In this document: positions 11,949-24,731 of the stretch, piece after piece
Numbering within the stretch: the first letter of the stretch is position 1
Layout: every line of letters begins with the position of its first letter
DNA from: Macrostomum lignano
Taxonomy: Eukaryota
Direction: 5' to 3'
NCBI GenBank assembly: GCA_002269645.1
Contig: NIVC01002194.1
Coordinates: forward strand, 85,349-149,348
Length of the DNA stretch: 64,000 nucleotides
Position numbers and translations under genes: made by a program
Notes under the pieces: generated by a model
What the model was told of the DNA's origin: nothing
Seen by the model: only the letters and a program-made list of their open reading frames with translations
The model's database searches: none

Positions 11949-14900
11949 ATGGAGCTAATCAAGGAGCGGCGCGCTACAGAACCCCACCTGTCGTCACCCG
12001 CCGGCTCCGCGTCCGCCGCCGATCGTCGTCACCGGGCAGAAGACTCCTACTCTCAGGCATCAACTTCCAGCTACTTTCATTCGTCATCGCCAAGGAGAAC
12101 GGAAGAAAGGTGGCATTATCAACAAAAACAGCAACACCAGCAGCAGAATCCAGAGGGACTGTACCGACTAGATACTAAGCTGCACTATAACAACTTGGGC
12201 AGGACTGGACTGCGAGTTTCGCGCATCGGTCTTGGCACCTGGGTCACCTTTGCTGGCCAGATCGATGGTTAGTACACTTGTACCGGTATGAAAACTGTAA
12301 AGTACTGGCACCCACCTAACTCCCTTCTTGTCCGTGTCTATATTTCCTACCCCAGCACCCACTTCACTCCACTCCCGCCTGACTCTTGATTCCTACCCCA
12401 GCACTCACCTCACTCCACTCCCGCCTGGCTCTCAATTCCTACCCCAGCACCCATCTCACTCCACTCCAGCCTGGCTCTCAATTCTTTACCCCAGCACACA
12501 CCTTACTCCACTCCCGCCTGGCTCTCAATTCCTACCCCAGCACACACCTTACTCCACTCCCGCCTGGCTCTCAATTCCTACCCCAGCACCCACCTCACTC
12601 CACTCCCGCCTGGCTCTCAATTCCTACCCCAGCACCCATCTCACTCCACTCCAGCCTGGCTCTCAATTCTTTACCCCAGCACACACCTTACTCCACTCCC
12701 GCCTGGCTCTCAATTCCTACCCCAGCACCCACCTCACTCCACTCCCGCCTGGCTCTCAATTCCTACCCCAGCACCCACCTCACTCCACTCCCGCCTGGCT
12801 CTCAATTCCTACCCCAGCACCCACCTCACTCCACTCCCGCCTGGCTCTCAATTCCTACCCCAGCACCCCCCTCACTCCACTCCCGCCTGGCTCTCAATTC
12901 CTACCCCAGCACCCCCCTCACTCCACTCCCGCCTGGCTCTCAATTCCTACCCCAGAATCCACTCTTTCCTGTCATTAATTTTTCTCCCCATTCATTCTGA
13001 TTGTCTGACTGCCATTTTTCATTTAATTTCAGATTCCGTTGCTGACGACCTACTAACCCTAGCCTACTCCTGCGGCATCAATCTATTCGACACCGCCGAG
13101 GTGTACGCCTCAGGTGGAGCCGAAGAGCTTCTCGGCCGCCTCCTCCAGCAGAAGCCCTGGCGTCGCTCGTCCTACGTAATCAGCACCAAAATTCACCAAT
13201 GGGGCGGAGCGGCCGCTTCCGAGAGCGGACTTTCTAGGAAACGCATAGTCGAAGGCCTGCGGGACTCGTTGCGGCGGCTTCGCATGACCTACGTGGACCT
13301 CGTGTTCGCTAGTAGGCCGGATCCGGGCACGCCAATGGAAGAAATTGTGCGGGCGTTTACCTTCTGCATAAATCAGGGATGGGCATTCTACTGGGGCACG
13401 TCTAGGTGAGAACCTTGCTTGAAGGCTTATTGTTGAATATTGGACTGAATAGCATGACATGTGTGAGACGTAGGATTCAGGGTGTTTGAGGATGTGGGAG
13501 ATTCTGGGATGAGGGAGATTTGGGGATGTGAGAGATTCTGGGATGGGTGAGACTTGGGGATGTGGGAGATTCTGGGATGTTAGAGATTTGGGGATGTGGG
13601 AGATTTGGGGATGTTGGAGATTTAGAGACATAGGATATTTAGGGATGTGGGATATTTAGGGATGTGTGAGATTTGGAAATGTGTGAGATTTGGAGATATG
13701 GAAGATTTGGGGATGTTGGAGATTAAGAGATGTGGAAAATTCAGGATTGTGGGAAATCTGAGGATGTGAGAGATTTGGGAATGTGGGAGATTTGGAGATC
13801 GATGTGAGAGATTTGGGGATGAGGGAGATTTGGAGATTGTGAGATTCGGGGGTGTGGGAGATTTGATGATGTGAGAGATTTGGGGATGTGGGAGAATTGG
13901 GGATGTGGGAAATTTGGGAATGTGAGAGATTTGGGAATGTGGGAGATTTCGGGATGTGGGAGATTTGGGAATGTGGGAGATTTTAGGATGTGGGAGATTC
14001 GGCAATTTGGGAGATTTACGAACTCAATAAAGCATCAGGGTTATTCGAGCCTATAGCCCAGCTAAAAAACCGGTACCCAAAATGAAACAGTATAAATTTG
14101 CCAAGAACTAACTTAACTGCCCAGTCTAAATCGTGCACAATGTCATCAATTACAGTTCATTAGGCGCATTCAGGAAACAGAACTAAAAGCTCAATAAATA
14201 TAGGATTTTGATTGATGGAGAACAAAGCAAACAAAGAATCTGCATAGAGATATGATCTGGTAGATATATGTATTAATTGGTAATTAAGATATCAGATAGA
14301 TTGGATTAGCTGGCTCACTGCCAAAGTCCTATATCGACTTCCTGCTGTCAAGAGGATGACGAGGTAAAATTTAATATGTTGAGATGCACAATCTATTATC
14401 TGATATGAGTTCAGATCACGGGTCTTGGATGGATATTAAAGATTGATAGGTGCGAAAAAGCCTAAGAATACATTTAAATCTCATTAATTTAGTCTCATTC
14501 CGAGTACTTACGAGTACTTATTAAAACAGCTTTCTACTTTTAGTTCAGTAACAAATAAGAAGACATAAGCTATTTTGTTAAAACAAAGGCAGCTAAAATT
14601 ACTTTGATAAGTTTAGAAACCTTATTATAGGACAACTTGCTAATTGGCTCAGCAATACTGTACATTAGCCACTCCACTGAAATGTACATAGCAACTTTAG
14701 GCTGGAATTCCGAGGAAGGCAATAAAAATTGGGGCGGGGCGGGGGGTAGAGGAGAAAGGCGCGGTTGGGGGGTTTAAGCTGGGGAAAAGATCGAGCCAAT
14801 AAATGAGCCTTGGCTTAAAAAATACATTAAAATGCTTCTGCCTAACTTACTACTGAAGTGAGTCATGCGCAACCTTGGGAATCACCCGGCCGTTTCTATT

Positions 14901-15752
14901 GGCAACACACACATGTAAGTCGCTATTGGCTGAGAGCAGTCGACTACTATTCCGTCCAATAGCGACTTACATGTGTGTGTTGCCAATAGAAACGGCCGGG
15001 TGAATCCCTAGGTTGCGCCCAAGCATGTACTGAACTGAAAGTAGCTTACACGCAAATTTGCTGAATGGCCCATCCAGTAGTTGTTCTAATATCTGCCGGT
15101 CTCCAGTGGCATTTTATGAAAACAAAATAGCAATTATTTTATTACTCTCGGCGGGCACCTACAGATGGACACCTGCTGAGATAATGGAGGCTCATTCGGT
15201 GTCGCGACAGTTCAATCTCATACCGCCATCGGCCGAACAGCTGGAGTATAATTTATTGCAGCGGGACAAACTCCAGTCGCACCTGCCTGAGCTGCAGTCT
15301 CGTCTGGGCCTCGGCGCTGTGACGTTCAGCCCTCTGGCATGCGGAATTCTGTCCGGCAAGTACGAGGGCGGAGTGCCGGTCGGGTCCAGAGCGTATGTGC
15401 CCGGGTGAGTGCTGGAGTGGGGTAGTTAGCTAGCTTAGTGGGGAATAGCCATCCCAGTGCCTGATTGCGGCAAGTTAGACACCGACTCGATCAACCATTT
15501 AATAATCAATCTATAAACGAATCAATCAATCAATAGCAAAAACTAACCAATCAGTCATCAATAGATATGTGACAAACCAATAAACAAACCAATCAATCAG
15601 TCAGTCAGCCAATCAACCAATCAATCAGTAAATCAATCGATCAATCAATCAAGCAACCAATCAATCAATCAATCAATCACTCAGTCAATAAATCAATAAT
15701 TTAATCAAACAAGCAGTCAATCAATCAATCAGTCAATCGATCAATCAGTCAG

Positions 15753-15783
<31 letters not shown>

Positions 15784-16521
15784 GTCAGTCAGTCAACCAA
15801 TCAGTCAATCAATCAATCAATCAATCAACCAATCAGTCAACCAATCAATCAAGCAATCAATCAACCATCAACCACCCAATCAGTCAACCAATCAATCAAC
15901 CACCCAATCAGTCAACCAATCAATCAACCACCCAATCAGTCAACCAATCAATCAACCACCCAATCAGTCAATCAATCAATCAACCACCCAATCAGTCAAC
16001 CAATCAATCAACCACCCAATCAGTCAACCAATCAATCAACCACCCAATCAGTCAACCAATCAATCAACCACCCAATCAGTAAACCAATCAATCAACCACC
16101 CAATCAGTCAACCAATCAGTCAACCACCCAATCAGTCAACCAATCAGTCAACCAACCAATCAGTCAACCAATCAGTCAACCAATCAATCAAGCAATGAAT
16201 CAACCCGCCTGCAGCTACTCCTGGCTACGCGACAAGATCCTCAGCGAAGAGGGTCGCTTAAAGCAGCAGATGCTCCGTCAGTTGAGTCCCGTGTGCGAGC
16301 AGCTTAGCTGCAGTTTAGCCCAGCTGTCAATAGCCTGGTGTCTGAGCAATGCCGATGCGCACTGCGTACTGCTCGGTGCCAGTTGCGCTACGCAACTGTA
16401 CGAGGACATCCTGGCTGTGACGCTGGCGCCCAGACTCACACCAGAGCTGCTCGCCGAGATCGACTGCATCCTGAGTGAGTTGACCAGAGATTGGGATTGG
16501 ATAAGTGGAGTTGAGCGGTGA
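11949..16521 (+). CDS. KCNAB: Voltage-gated potassium channel beta subunit (aldo-keto reductase fold, KCNAB/Hyperkinetic family)
   Basis: Exons 11949-12267, 13033-13405, 15165-15404, 16215-16521 with consistent phases (1, 2, 2). Motifs [130 protein letters not shown]. The last exon may instead end at a GTGAGT donor at 16475 and splice onward. Confidence 0.93.
12345..12955. repeat. 46-bp minisatellite in Kv-beta intron
   Basis: (ctcaattcctaccccagcacccacctcactccactcccgcctggct)n, about 13 copies. Confidence 0.92.
13480..14015. repeat. Degenerate G-rich tandem repeat (gggatgtgggagattt-like) in Kv-beta intron
   Basis: Low-complexity 10/20-bp periodicity starting about 75 bp after the donor. Confidence 0.85.
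14867..15018. mobile_element. 152-bp near-perfect palindrome (63-bp arms, 26-nt loop), probable foldback MITE
   Basis: Arms 14867-14929 and 14956-15018 are reverse complements with 2 mismatches. Confidence 0.75.
15540..16200. repeat. (CAAT)n-derived microsatellite with 25-bp higher-order units in Kv-beta intron
   Basis: caat/cagt/ccaat runs extending to about 15 bp from the acceptor at 16214. Confidence 0.92.
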
Positions 16522-16617
16522 TGGCGGAGATCCGAGATGAGAACTAGAGTTTGAAAGATGCTGTAAAATATGAGATTTAGAAAAACTAAAAATTAAAGAT
16601 CAAGTCAGATGTGACAT

Positions 16618-17110
16618 GGTGAGAGGGGAGACTGAGTGGGGATAAGAGGAGACTGAGTGGGGATGAGGGGAGACTGAGTGGGGATGAGGGGAGACTGAGT
16701 GGGGATGAGGGGAGACTGAGTGTGGAAGAAAGGAGACTGAGTAGGGATGAGGGGAAACTGAGTGGGGATGAGGGGGAGACTGAGTGGGAATGGGGGGAGA
16801 CTGAGTGGGAATGGGGGGAGACTGAGTGGGGATGAGGGGAGACTGAGTGGGAATGGGGGGAGACTGAGTGGGGATGAGGGGAGACTGAGTGGGGACGAGG
16901 GGAGACTGAGTGGGGATGAGGGGAGACTGAGTGTGGATGAGGGGAGACTGAGTGGGGAAGAAAGGAGACTGAGCGAGACTGAGTGGGGAAGAAAGGAGAC
17001 TGAGCGGGGATGAGATTAGACTGAGTGGGAATGAGGGAAGACTGAGTGGAGATGAGAGGAGACTAAGTGGGAATGGGGGGAGACTGAGTGGGGATGAGGG
17101 GGAGACGGGG
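16618..17110. repeat. 21-bp minisatellite (gactgagtggggatgagggga)n, probably within a final Kv-beta intron
   Basis: About 23 copies. Confidence 0.92.
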
Positions 17111-17174
17111 AGTTAGGTACACAGATAGAATGAAGACTCAGGCGGAGGAGCTCGAGAGGAGCCACACTTTACAG

Positions 17175-17608
17175 CAAAGTCACAAGTGAACCCCTCAACT
17201 GAAACGGCAACAGTTCAAGGTAGCAGCAAGCCTAACCCAACGCTGGACATCGTCAGTCAACCGCCCGGATGTTCAGCTGGCAGCTGACGGTGTGGGCAAG
17301 CACAAGAGGGTGTCCGGTGCGAGAGGCAGCAGCAGCAGCAGCAACAACAACAAAAGCATCAAAAACAGCAGCAGAAAAGAAGCAGGCCAGTAGCAGGGGG
17401 AAGTTCTCTGTCGGCTTCAATTGGCGGTGTACTTTTAGTTGGAGTCGGGCCGGTTCTGATTGGCGGCGGAAGCGCGGGTCCGGGCGGCGGCGCCGGCAGC
17501 CAGAGTTCACTGAGGGCCAGGTTTCGATCAAGACAGTATCAGCACCAGATGCAGCTGCAGCAGCAACAAAGAAGGCATCACGGTGGTCGGCACTGCGTTG
17601 TGTCTTAA
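17175..17608 (+). CDS. Candidate terminal Kv-beta exon (stop TGA 17285-17287) plus an in-frame 106-codon Q/G-rich extension to TAA 17606-17608
   Basis: Phase-1 donor CTGA|GTGAGT (16474/16475) is compatible with acceptor ccacactttacag|CA (17174/17175), giving ...ILTKSQVNPSTETATVQGSSKPNPTLDIVSQPPGCSAGS*RCGQAQEGVRCERQ9KHQKQQQKRSRP...RHCVVS*. An alternative acceptor at 17124 gives NRMKTQAEELERSHTLQQSHK*. Confidence 0.4.
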
Positions 17609-17686
17609 GACGGACTCAATGCATCGATACATAGTCTCGAAGTGCATCGTGGACTTGTGATGTACACGAAAGTGCATGGGTTGGGG

Positions 17687-17752
17687 GTAGAGAGTAGCTC
17701 AGCGCTTAAGGCAGGCGGCAACGAAGACCCCGGGTTCGAATCCGCCCAGGGC
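17687..17752 (+). pseudogene. tRNA-like fragment (SINE head or tRNA pseudogene)
   Basis: A-box-like TAGCTCAGCG (17695) and B-box GGTTCGAATCC (17733); anticodon and acceptor arms do not pair convincingly. Confidence 0.4.
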
Positions 17753-17980
17753 TTAGCGGAATGTGCACGGCTCAACATAGAAATCCATGTATGCACTGGC
17801 AGACTTTCGAAGTCTCTCTCAAGACTAGCTCAAAGTTTAATAACATCAATTAATTTAAATCATGTAAGCTACTTAGAGTAGAAATTTAAGAAAAAATTAA
17901 GTTTTCGAGGAAATATTCACCTCATACGACTAATGTACTTTATAGGTAGCTATAAAAATCACTTGCTCCATAGATATTAG

Positions 17981-18413
17981 TTTTGTCAGCCTAACTGAGA
18001 ATAAAGCCATCCAAAGTGAGAATCCTGCCTACGCTGACTGCGAAGGGCCTGGCTGCGTGCAGCCTTAGTCTATGGGCCATAGACTATAAAGGATAAGCAA
18101 AGTGATAAAAAGCCATCCAATGTGAGAATCCTGCCTACGCTGAATACGAAGGGCCTAGCTGCGTCCAGCCATAAACTATAAAGGATAAGCTAGGATTGGC
18201 TAGTCATATGGCTCAGAAGCTCAGAAGGTATAAAAATAAAAGAATACAACGCATAGACCAATCGATTCTCACATTGGATGGCTTTTTATCTCTTTGCTTG
18301 TCCTTTATTGTCTATGGCCCATGGACTAAGGCTGCACGCAGCCAGGCCCTTCGCAGTCAGCGTAGGCAGGATTCTCATTTTGGGTGGCTTTATTCTCAGT
18401 TAGGCTGACAAAA
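17981..18413. mobile_element. Foldback MITE with 150-bp inverted arms
   Basis: 17981-18130 is the reverse complement of 18264-18413 (ttttgtcagcctaactgagaataaagcc... / ...ggctttattctcagttaggctgacaaaa), with an internal partial direct duplication. Confidence 0.8.
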
Positions 18414-18864
18414 GCAATAGTATATAACAGAGACGAGAGAACAGAGATTGGCAAACAGCTGCGATTACAAAATTTAGCAAAGGAGTCCCTCTTGTGTGAA
18501 GCCCTTAAAAACTGTTTTCATTTTTTTATTAACATAACACCATGCTAACAAGACAGACATTATTGCACGAACAATACTTCTAAAAACGAGTTTAAAAGTA
18601 ATCTAAAAACGATCTATTTGTATTCTCTATGCAAAATCTTGTCATAGCTCTTGCGCACCGCACTGCTTTAATTATTTGAAAGTAAGTATTTTTATAACTA
18701 TTTTTAACTCATTCAACGGCTGTAAAATTACCTAAATTTGTTTCATTTTAAACGCGCTTTTCAACTATTGCTTTTTGCCTTCAGTAATTAAGCCTATTTA
18801 TTGCGTGAAGATCCTATTAGCTGAAGCAATGTTCTCGACAGGCAATAAAGCTAATATAATCAAA

Positions 18865-19063
18865 TGGACAGCTGTACTCGACCATAGACAATACAAAGCC
18901 AATAAACTGGACAGCTGTACTCGACCATAGACAATACAAAGCCAATAAACTGGACAGCTGTACTCGACCATAGACAATACAAAGCCAATAAACTGGACAG
19001 CTGTACTCGACCATAGACAATACAAAGCCAATAAACTGGACAGCTGTACTCGACCATAGACAA
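18865..19063. repeat. 43-bp minisatellite
   Basis: (tggacagctgtactcgaccatagacaatacaaagccaataaac) at 18865, 18908, 18951, 18994 and 19037. Confidence 0.93.
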
Positions 19064-21339
19064 TCAAAATTACCACTTGGGTTCATTAACCTTTTATAAA
19101 TATGGCTGCAAAAGCCATATTAGGTGTCCATTCCCAAATTTATTTGGTATATAAATTAAAGTGTCTATAGAGCGACCAGTAAAATAAAGAAACCAAAGCA
19201 ACATATATTAATAAATTTTATTATTCATTCCTCTTCTTTTATTTATTAATAATATATTTAAATCTCATTGCTCTACCAGAATAAAGCGATAAACTTCAAC
19301 AACAAAGCAACTTGCCGTCGTCTGTGTCTATATATTTATTTTGATAACTGTCTCAGTGTATTGAATGCAATAAAATAAATAAATAAATATTATTGTCGTT
19401 ACACGATATTAAATCGATAATAGTATAACTAAATTGTTAGCTAATCATTAATATATTAGCGCTTAAACTGTTTCTATATAAACGAACAAGTTGTTTCGTA
19501 AACGTAGGAGAAAACTGAATATTAAAAATAGTGGAATATAGTAAATATATATTTCTAGCTTAGCCAATCTACTAACACATTTATGAAATATATTACTTTG
19601 AAATTGATTTTGTTTTAACAATCAATTTTTTGTCTACACGAAGTTTTCAAATAATTTTCCTCTATAGAAGACGCAAAAATTATAAGAAAGTTTCAATAAC
19701 ACGTTGTAGCCGTAATTTACATTTTAGAAAAAAAAGTTTAAGTTGGCAAAATTTCTCAAAAACAGACAAACTAATGTCGCACAAAAATCCCGCTTGAAAA
19801 GAAAACAAACAAACAAACAAAAAACTTTCAGCCACAAATCAAAACCAAAGCCTACAATCACAAAATAAAGCAGAGAATTTTTGCAATAAAAAAGCTTGTC
19901 TAGAAACAAAACAAATTGAGAAAAAATAATTAAATTTTACACCGAGTCGGTTAAACTTATTAAAACTTTAAGTAAAAATGATTTCATCCGCTCAACGAAA
20001 AAATTGTGACATACCAATGATGCATAACAGTACGCAAGGATTAATTTCAAAATCAGGTGTTACGTTTAAGCAAATCAAATCTTATAAATTGACAATATTC
20101 ATATACCATAAAATTGTCTAATAGCAGTAGATAGAAAAGACTACGACAGAGAATTAAAACAAACTTAGATAAACAGAAGAAGTTAAAGAAGACGCACACG
20201 ATTCTATACTTGTCATCATCACATGTACTTTTAAAATTGTATTTCAATAAAAAATTAGTTTGAAATTCGACAATAATGATATTAGTAACAGTAAGTAATA
20301 TTAGTAGTACGATCAGTATACACTACAAATAGAAGGGTGTCAATTTTTATGATTAAGTAGCGACGTAGATTGAAAATAGAAAAATGAAAAAAAACTGGAT
20401 GTGGGAACTGTTCGACATGGTGCTATAAAGTAATTAGAGTTGAATATATAACAATACTACTCATATTGACATAACAGTAGCGCGATCAGAATGTACATAA
20501 TATAATTGGATAGATTAATAAACAAGTACGACTGATTATTGATCGATACAAAATAGTAAGGCAATATACGACTGTAAGTATAGGCATATATGTGAATAAT
20601 ATAACCTAATTAGTAATATTTACAAGCAATTTTATGCAAGTAGAACGAACAGGTATACTAACTAATCATTTTTATAAAGTTAATTTTTTATTCTTTTTTT
20701 TCAACGGGAACAGACCAAGAGAAGAAGGAGAGAGAAGTCTTAAGCAGAAATAAAAGGCACCCGAAAAAAGTATTTTTTGTTTCTGCAAAATTAATTCAAC
20801 CGTTGCCGCAAACAAAATTCAACTTGACAGAGCAGAAAAATCCAACAATTTAAAAACAAATTTTCTACATTCTCAAGTAACTAAAACTGGGATTATCCAA
20901 TGACCCCTACTACTACTACTGTTCTACAATTAATAAAGTACAAGCTTATAAACTGGAATAAATATTGTTAGTGCTGGGTAGTGGTTGCTACAAATAGACA
21001 GAAGCAGACAGCGCATATTGCTGTGGGAAGACAATCGACATCTGTTTACGAAATAACTTCCGGAATTGATAAACAACACAAACAACATAATAATAAAGAC
21101 TTGAAAAAAATAAATTCTTTTAAGCGGCAGATATTTTTTTTCACTACTACTACAGCTCAGGGAGAGAAACTGTTTAACACGCGAATCAGAATGAACAACG
21201 AATAGAAACACACAGAAACTAAGAGTAAAAAAAGCATTTAAGAACAATTGCTACTCATACAACCCCGATAAAACTGCCAACCAGGCCAAGAAGCGCATTT
21301 CTAACTATTCTAATTTCTTCAAATCCCTTTCCCTGTTCA

Positions 21340-21678
<339 letters not shown>

Positions 21679-22967
21679 GGTAACGTTTTCAAACGAGGGG
21701 ACAGATAGCAATGAAAAAAATGAAAGCAAATCTGTCCAATTAGCAGTCATCGGGCATACAATAAAAGCGAACAAAAACAACTAATCAAAAGACAACAAAT
21801 TCACATGGACATGGAGCTACGATATAAACGGGAAAACCGAACACATAAACAAACGCACAGTTTCACTGGCTAAGGCACGAACAGCAATATTGAATGATAT
21901 TTTGTTTAAATGATAAAAAACTTTTCATTCATCACTACTTTGCTGTTCGTGCCTAGCTCTAACTAACCAAAATGAAGCTTTACATATGTAATGCATACAA
22001 ATAGCAAGATAATAATAATTATTTATAATCAAAGCAACGCGACTCCAATATTACAAATGCTGATTGTTAGTAACAATATGTATAAATATAATCAATATAG
22101 TAGCAGAAACAAAAGATAATAATAATAAAAATAGAAATGAAAAGAAAGTGCCAGCACAAAGACTAAGCATTTGTACCTACAGCGACACGGAAACTTGTGC
22201 AGCTATAAAACATTCAAGACTTCAAATAGCGCTGTTGAAAATAAAAAAATTGAACTAGCAAGAATAATGAGCAGCATTATTAAGAGCATTATAATAGAAA
22301 TTACTCTTTTCATCGAGTGAGTAGGTAACGCTTGTTTTAAAGTGCAAAAATTATCACTAACCAAATGGAAACTTCCACACAGATACTATAATAATAACTA
22401 TATATGCAATCTAAGCTACTTATGTAAATCAGTAGTACATCAGTAGTACATGAAAATTGTTGATTAAACTAATTGTAATAGTACCTGTGGAGAAATAAAG
22501 ATATACAGATAGGCTAATTACTATGCAATTATAATCATATAGCAATGCAAAGTAATAAAGCTGGCACACCGAGCTTATCTGCATCACCTGGGCAAAATTT
22601 AGCCAGCTTACGTTTGATTGGCTGTTGAGCCAGCGAGAGAAAACTAATTAATAAGTAATTGAAATTTTTCATCGAATAAATGCAAAAATGAAAGAAAATA
22701 AGTTTTGGTTAGCGCTTATAAAAGCGGCTTGTTACATTACAAAAAAAAATCGTAGCGATTCACATCAGAGTACACACGAAGGTCACCGAATTCACAAATT
22801 AGACTCATTTGTTTAAACTGGCACAGAAATTGAAATTGTTTAGGAAAAGAATATACAATAACGCGGAGTGGACAAAAACTGCATTTTAAGCAACTATTTT
22901 ACTATGCGTTCATCGAATCAACAATTGAACGAGCGCAGAACAAAAAAACAAATTGCAAAAAAACAGT

Positions 22968-24698
22968 TTAAGCTGCATTGTTGCCAGCGCCGCCGTTTCT
23001 CGAACCGCTGCCGCGGAAGCCGCCGCGACCTCCGCCGGACCGCTGCGGAAAGCCGCCGCCGCCGCCGCCGCCTCGATAGCTTTGGTGATAGCCCGACTTG
23101 CCGCCGCCGCGATAACTGGGCCGGTGCTGCTGCTGCTGCTGCTGCTGGTCGAAGGCGCCACCACCAGCTGAGCCGGACTCGCGATCTGACGAGCTGGTCT
23201 CGCCCAGCCCAGAGTCTGTCGCCGCTGTTGACGCCGAAGCAACGACAACGGCGCTGGCAACGGCACGCCGAACTCCTCCGACTGGCGCTGTTGCGCCGGC
23301 GTTTGACGAAGGCGAACTGGCGGCGCCGACTGCCGCAGCTGAATCGTCAACAATATTGGATTGTTGAACTCCGTCTGGCTTGCCAGGCACTGACTGCGGC
23401 GGAGGAACTGACTTCTTTAAAGCGGCAGCGTAGGACGTGCCAGCGGGTACTGGAGCCGCCGGTTGCTGCTGCTGCTGCTCAGGACTGCTGCCAGAGCCAT
23501 TCACTAGCGGCGCGGCGGCGGCAGGCATCGAGGAGGTGTCGCAAGACGCCGCTCCAGATGCAATCACACTGGCTTGCATCTGCTGATTGGTTGCTGGGTC
23601 GGAATGCTGCACTTGATGATGCTGCTGCTGCTGCTGCTGGACTGGATGCTGTTGAGTCTGTTGCTGCGGATGCTGCTGCTGCTGCTGAGCCGACTGCAGC
23701 TGATGATGCTGAGCCAACTGATGGTGCTGCTGCTGTATCGAATGCGGATGACCAGTAGGGCTGACTAGCGCGTCCGACGAGATCTCGGGAAAGTCGTTCT
23801 CTTTCAAGTGAAACTCTGGCGGACCAGCCGGCTGCTGGTGATGCCCGCCGCCGTGTCCATAGCCTCCGTACTCGCCGCCGCCACCTCCGCGTCCGCGACC
23901 TCTGTAAGGTCCGCCGCGGCCGCCCCTGCCAATGCCTGGCCGAGACGGTGGACCGCCGCCTCCGCCGCGAGACGAAGCTGAAGGCGGATAGTTCCGGTTG
24001 CCAGTGTCCGATGGATTGGAATTCGGGCCGCCGGGCGGGTTTCCGGGAGGACCGTGGTGGCGACCGCCGCCGGCACCGTGCATCTGCGGCGGCGGCGGTG
24101 GCTGTTGCTGTTGTTGGATTGGCATCGAAGCGCTAGCAGCAGACGATGGTCCAGAAGCAGCAGCAGCAGTGGAAGAGTGATGGGGCTGCTGCTGCTGGTG
24201 CTGCTGAGGCATGGGATGCTGCATAGGCTGCTGAATATGCTGCTGCTGCATTGGAGGCTGATTAGAGCTCATAGACGGATGATTAGGATGGTGCTGCTGC
24301 TGCATCTGGTCGGAGTCCATACCAGCTAGGTAGCCCGGACCTCCCTGATGCATCGAGCCGCCCTGCCGGAATCTAGGCGGCATATTAGTAGTGTTCTGAC
24401 GGTCCGGAATATGCCGCTTATTATTATTATGGCCAAGCGGCATTGGGCCGGTCATGTAGCCTTGCGGCTGGTGCGGCTGCATTCCCGAATAGTTGGGTGG
24501 CGCCATCGGCGGCTGCTGGTGATGATGAGTCGGAGGCGGATGATGCATCGGCTGCTGTGGCTGTTGCTGTGGCGGCTGCGGAGGCTGAGGAGGCTGCGGC
24601 GGCAAATGATGCTGCATCGGAGGCGGCGGCTGCTGCATCGACTGCGGTGTTGGAGGCGGCGGCTTGCCGTAAATTCGACTAGGATTGCCGCCTGCCAT

Positions 24699-24731
<33 letters not shown>

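Noticed and set aside
11023-13000. 311-, 213-, 216- and 204-aa repetitive ORFs
   Set aside because: Translations of the 51-bp and 46-bp intronic minisatellites.
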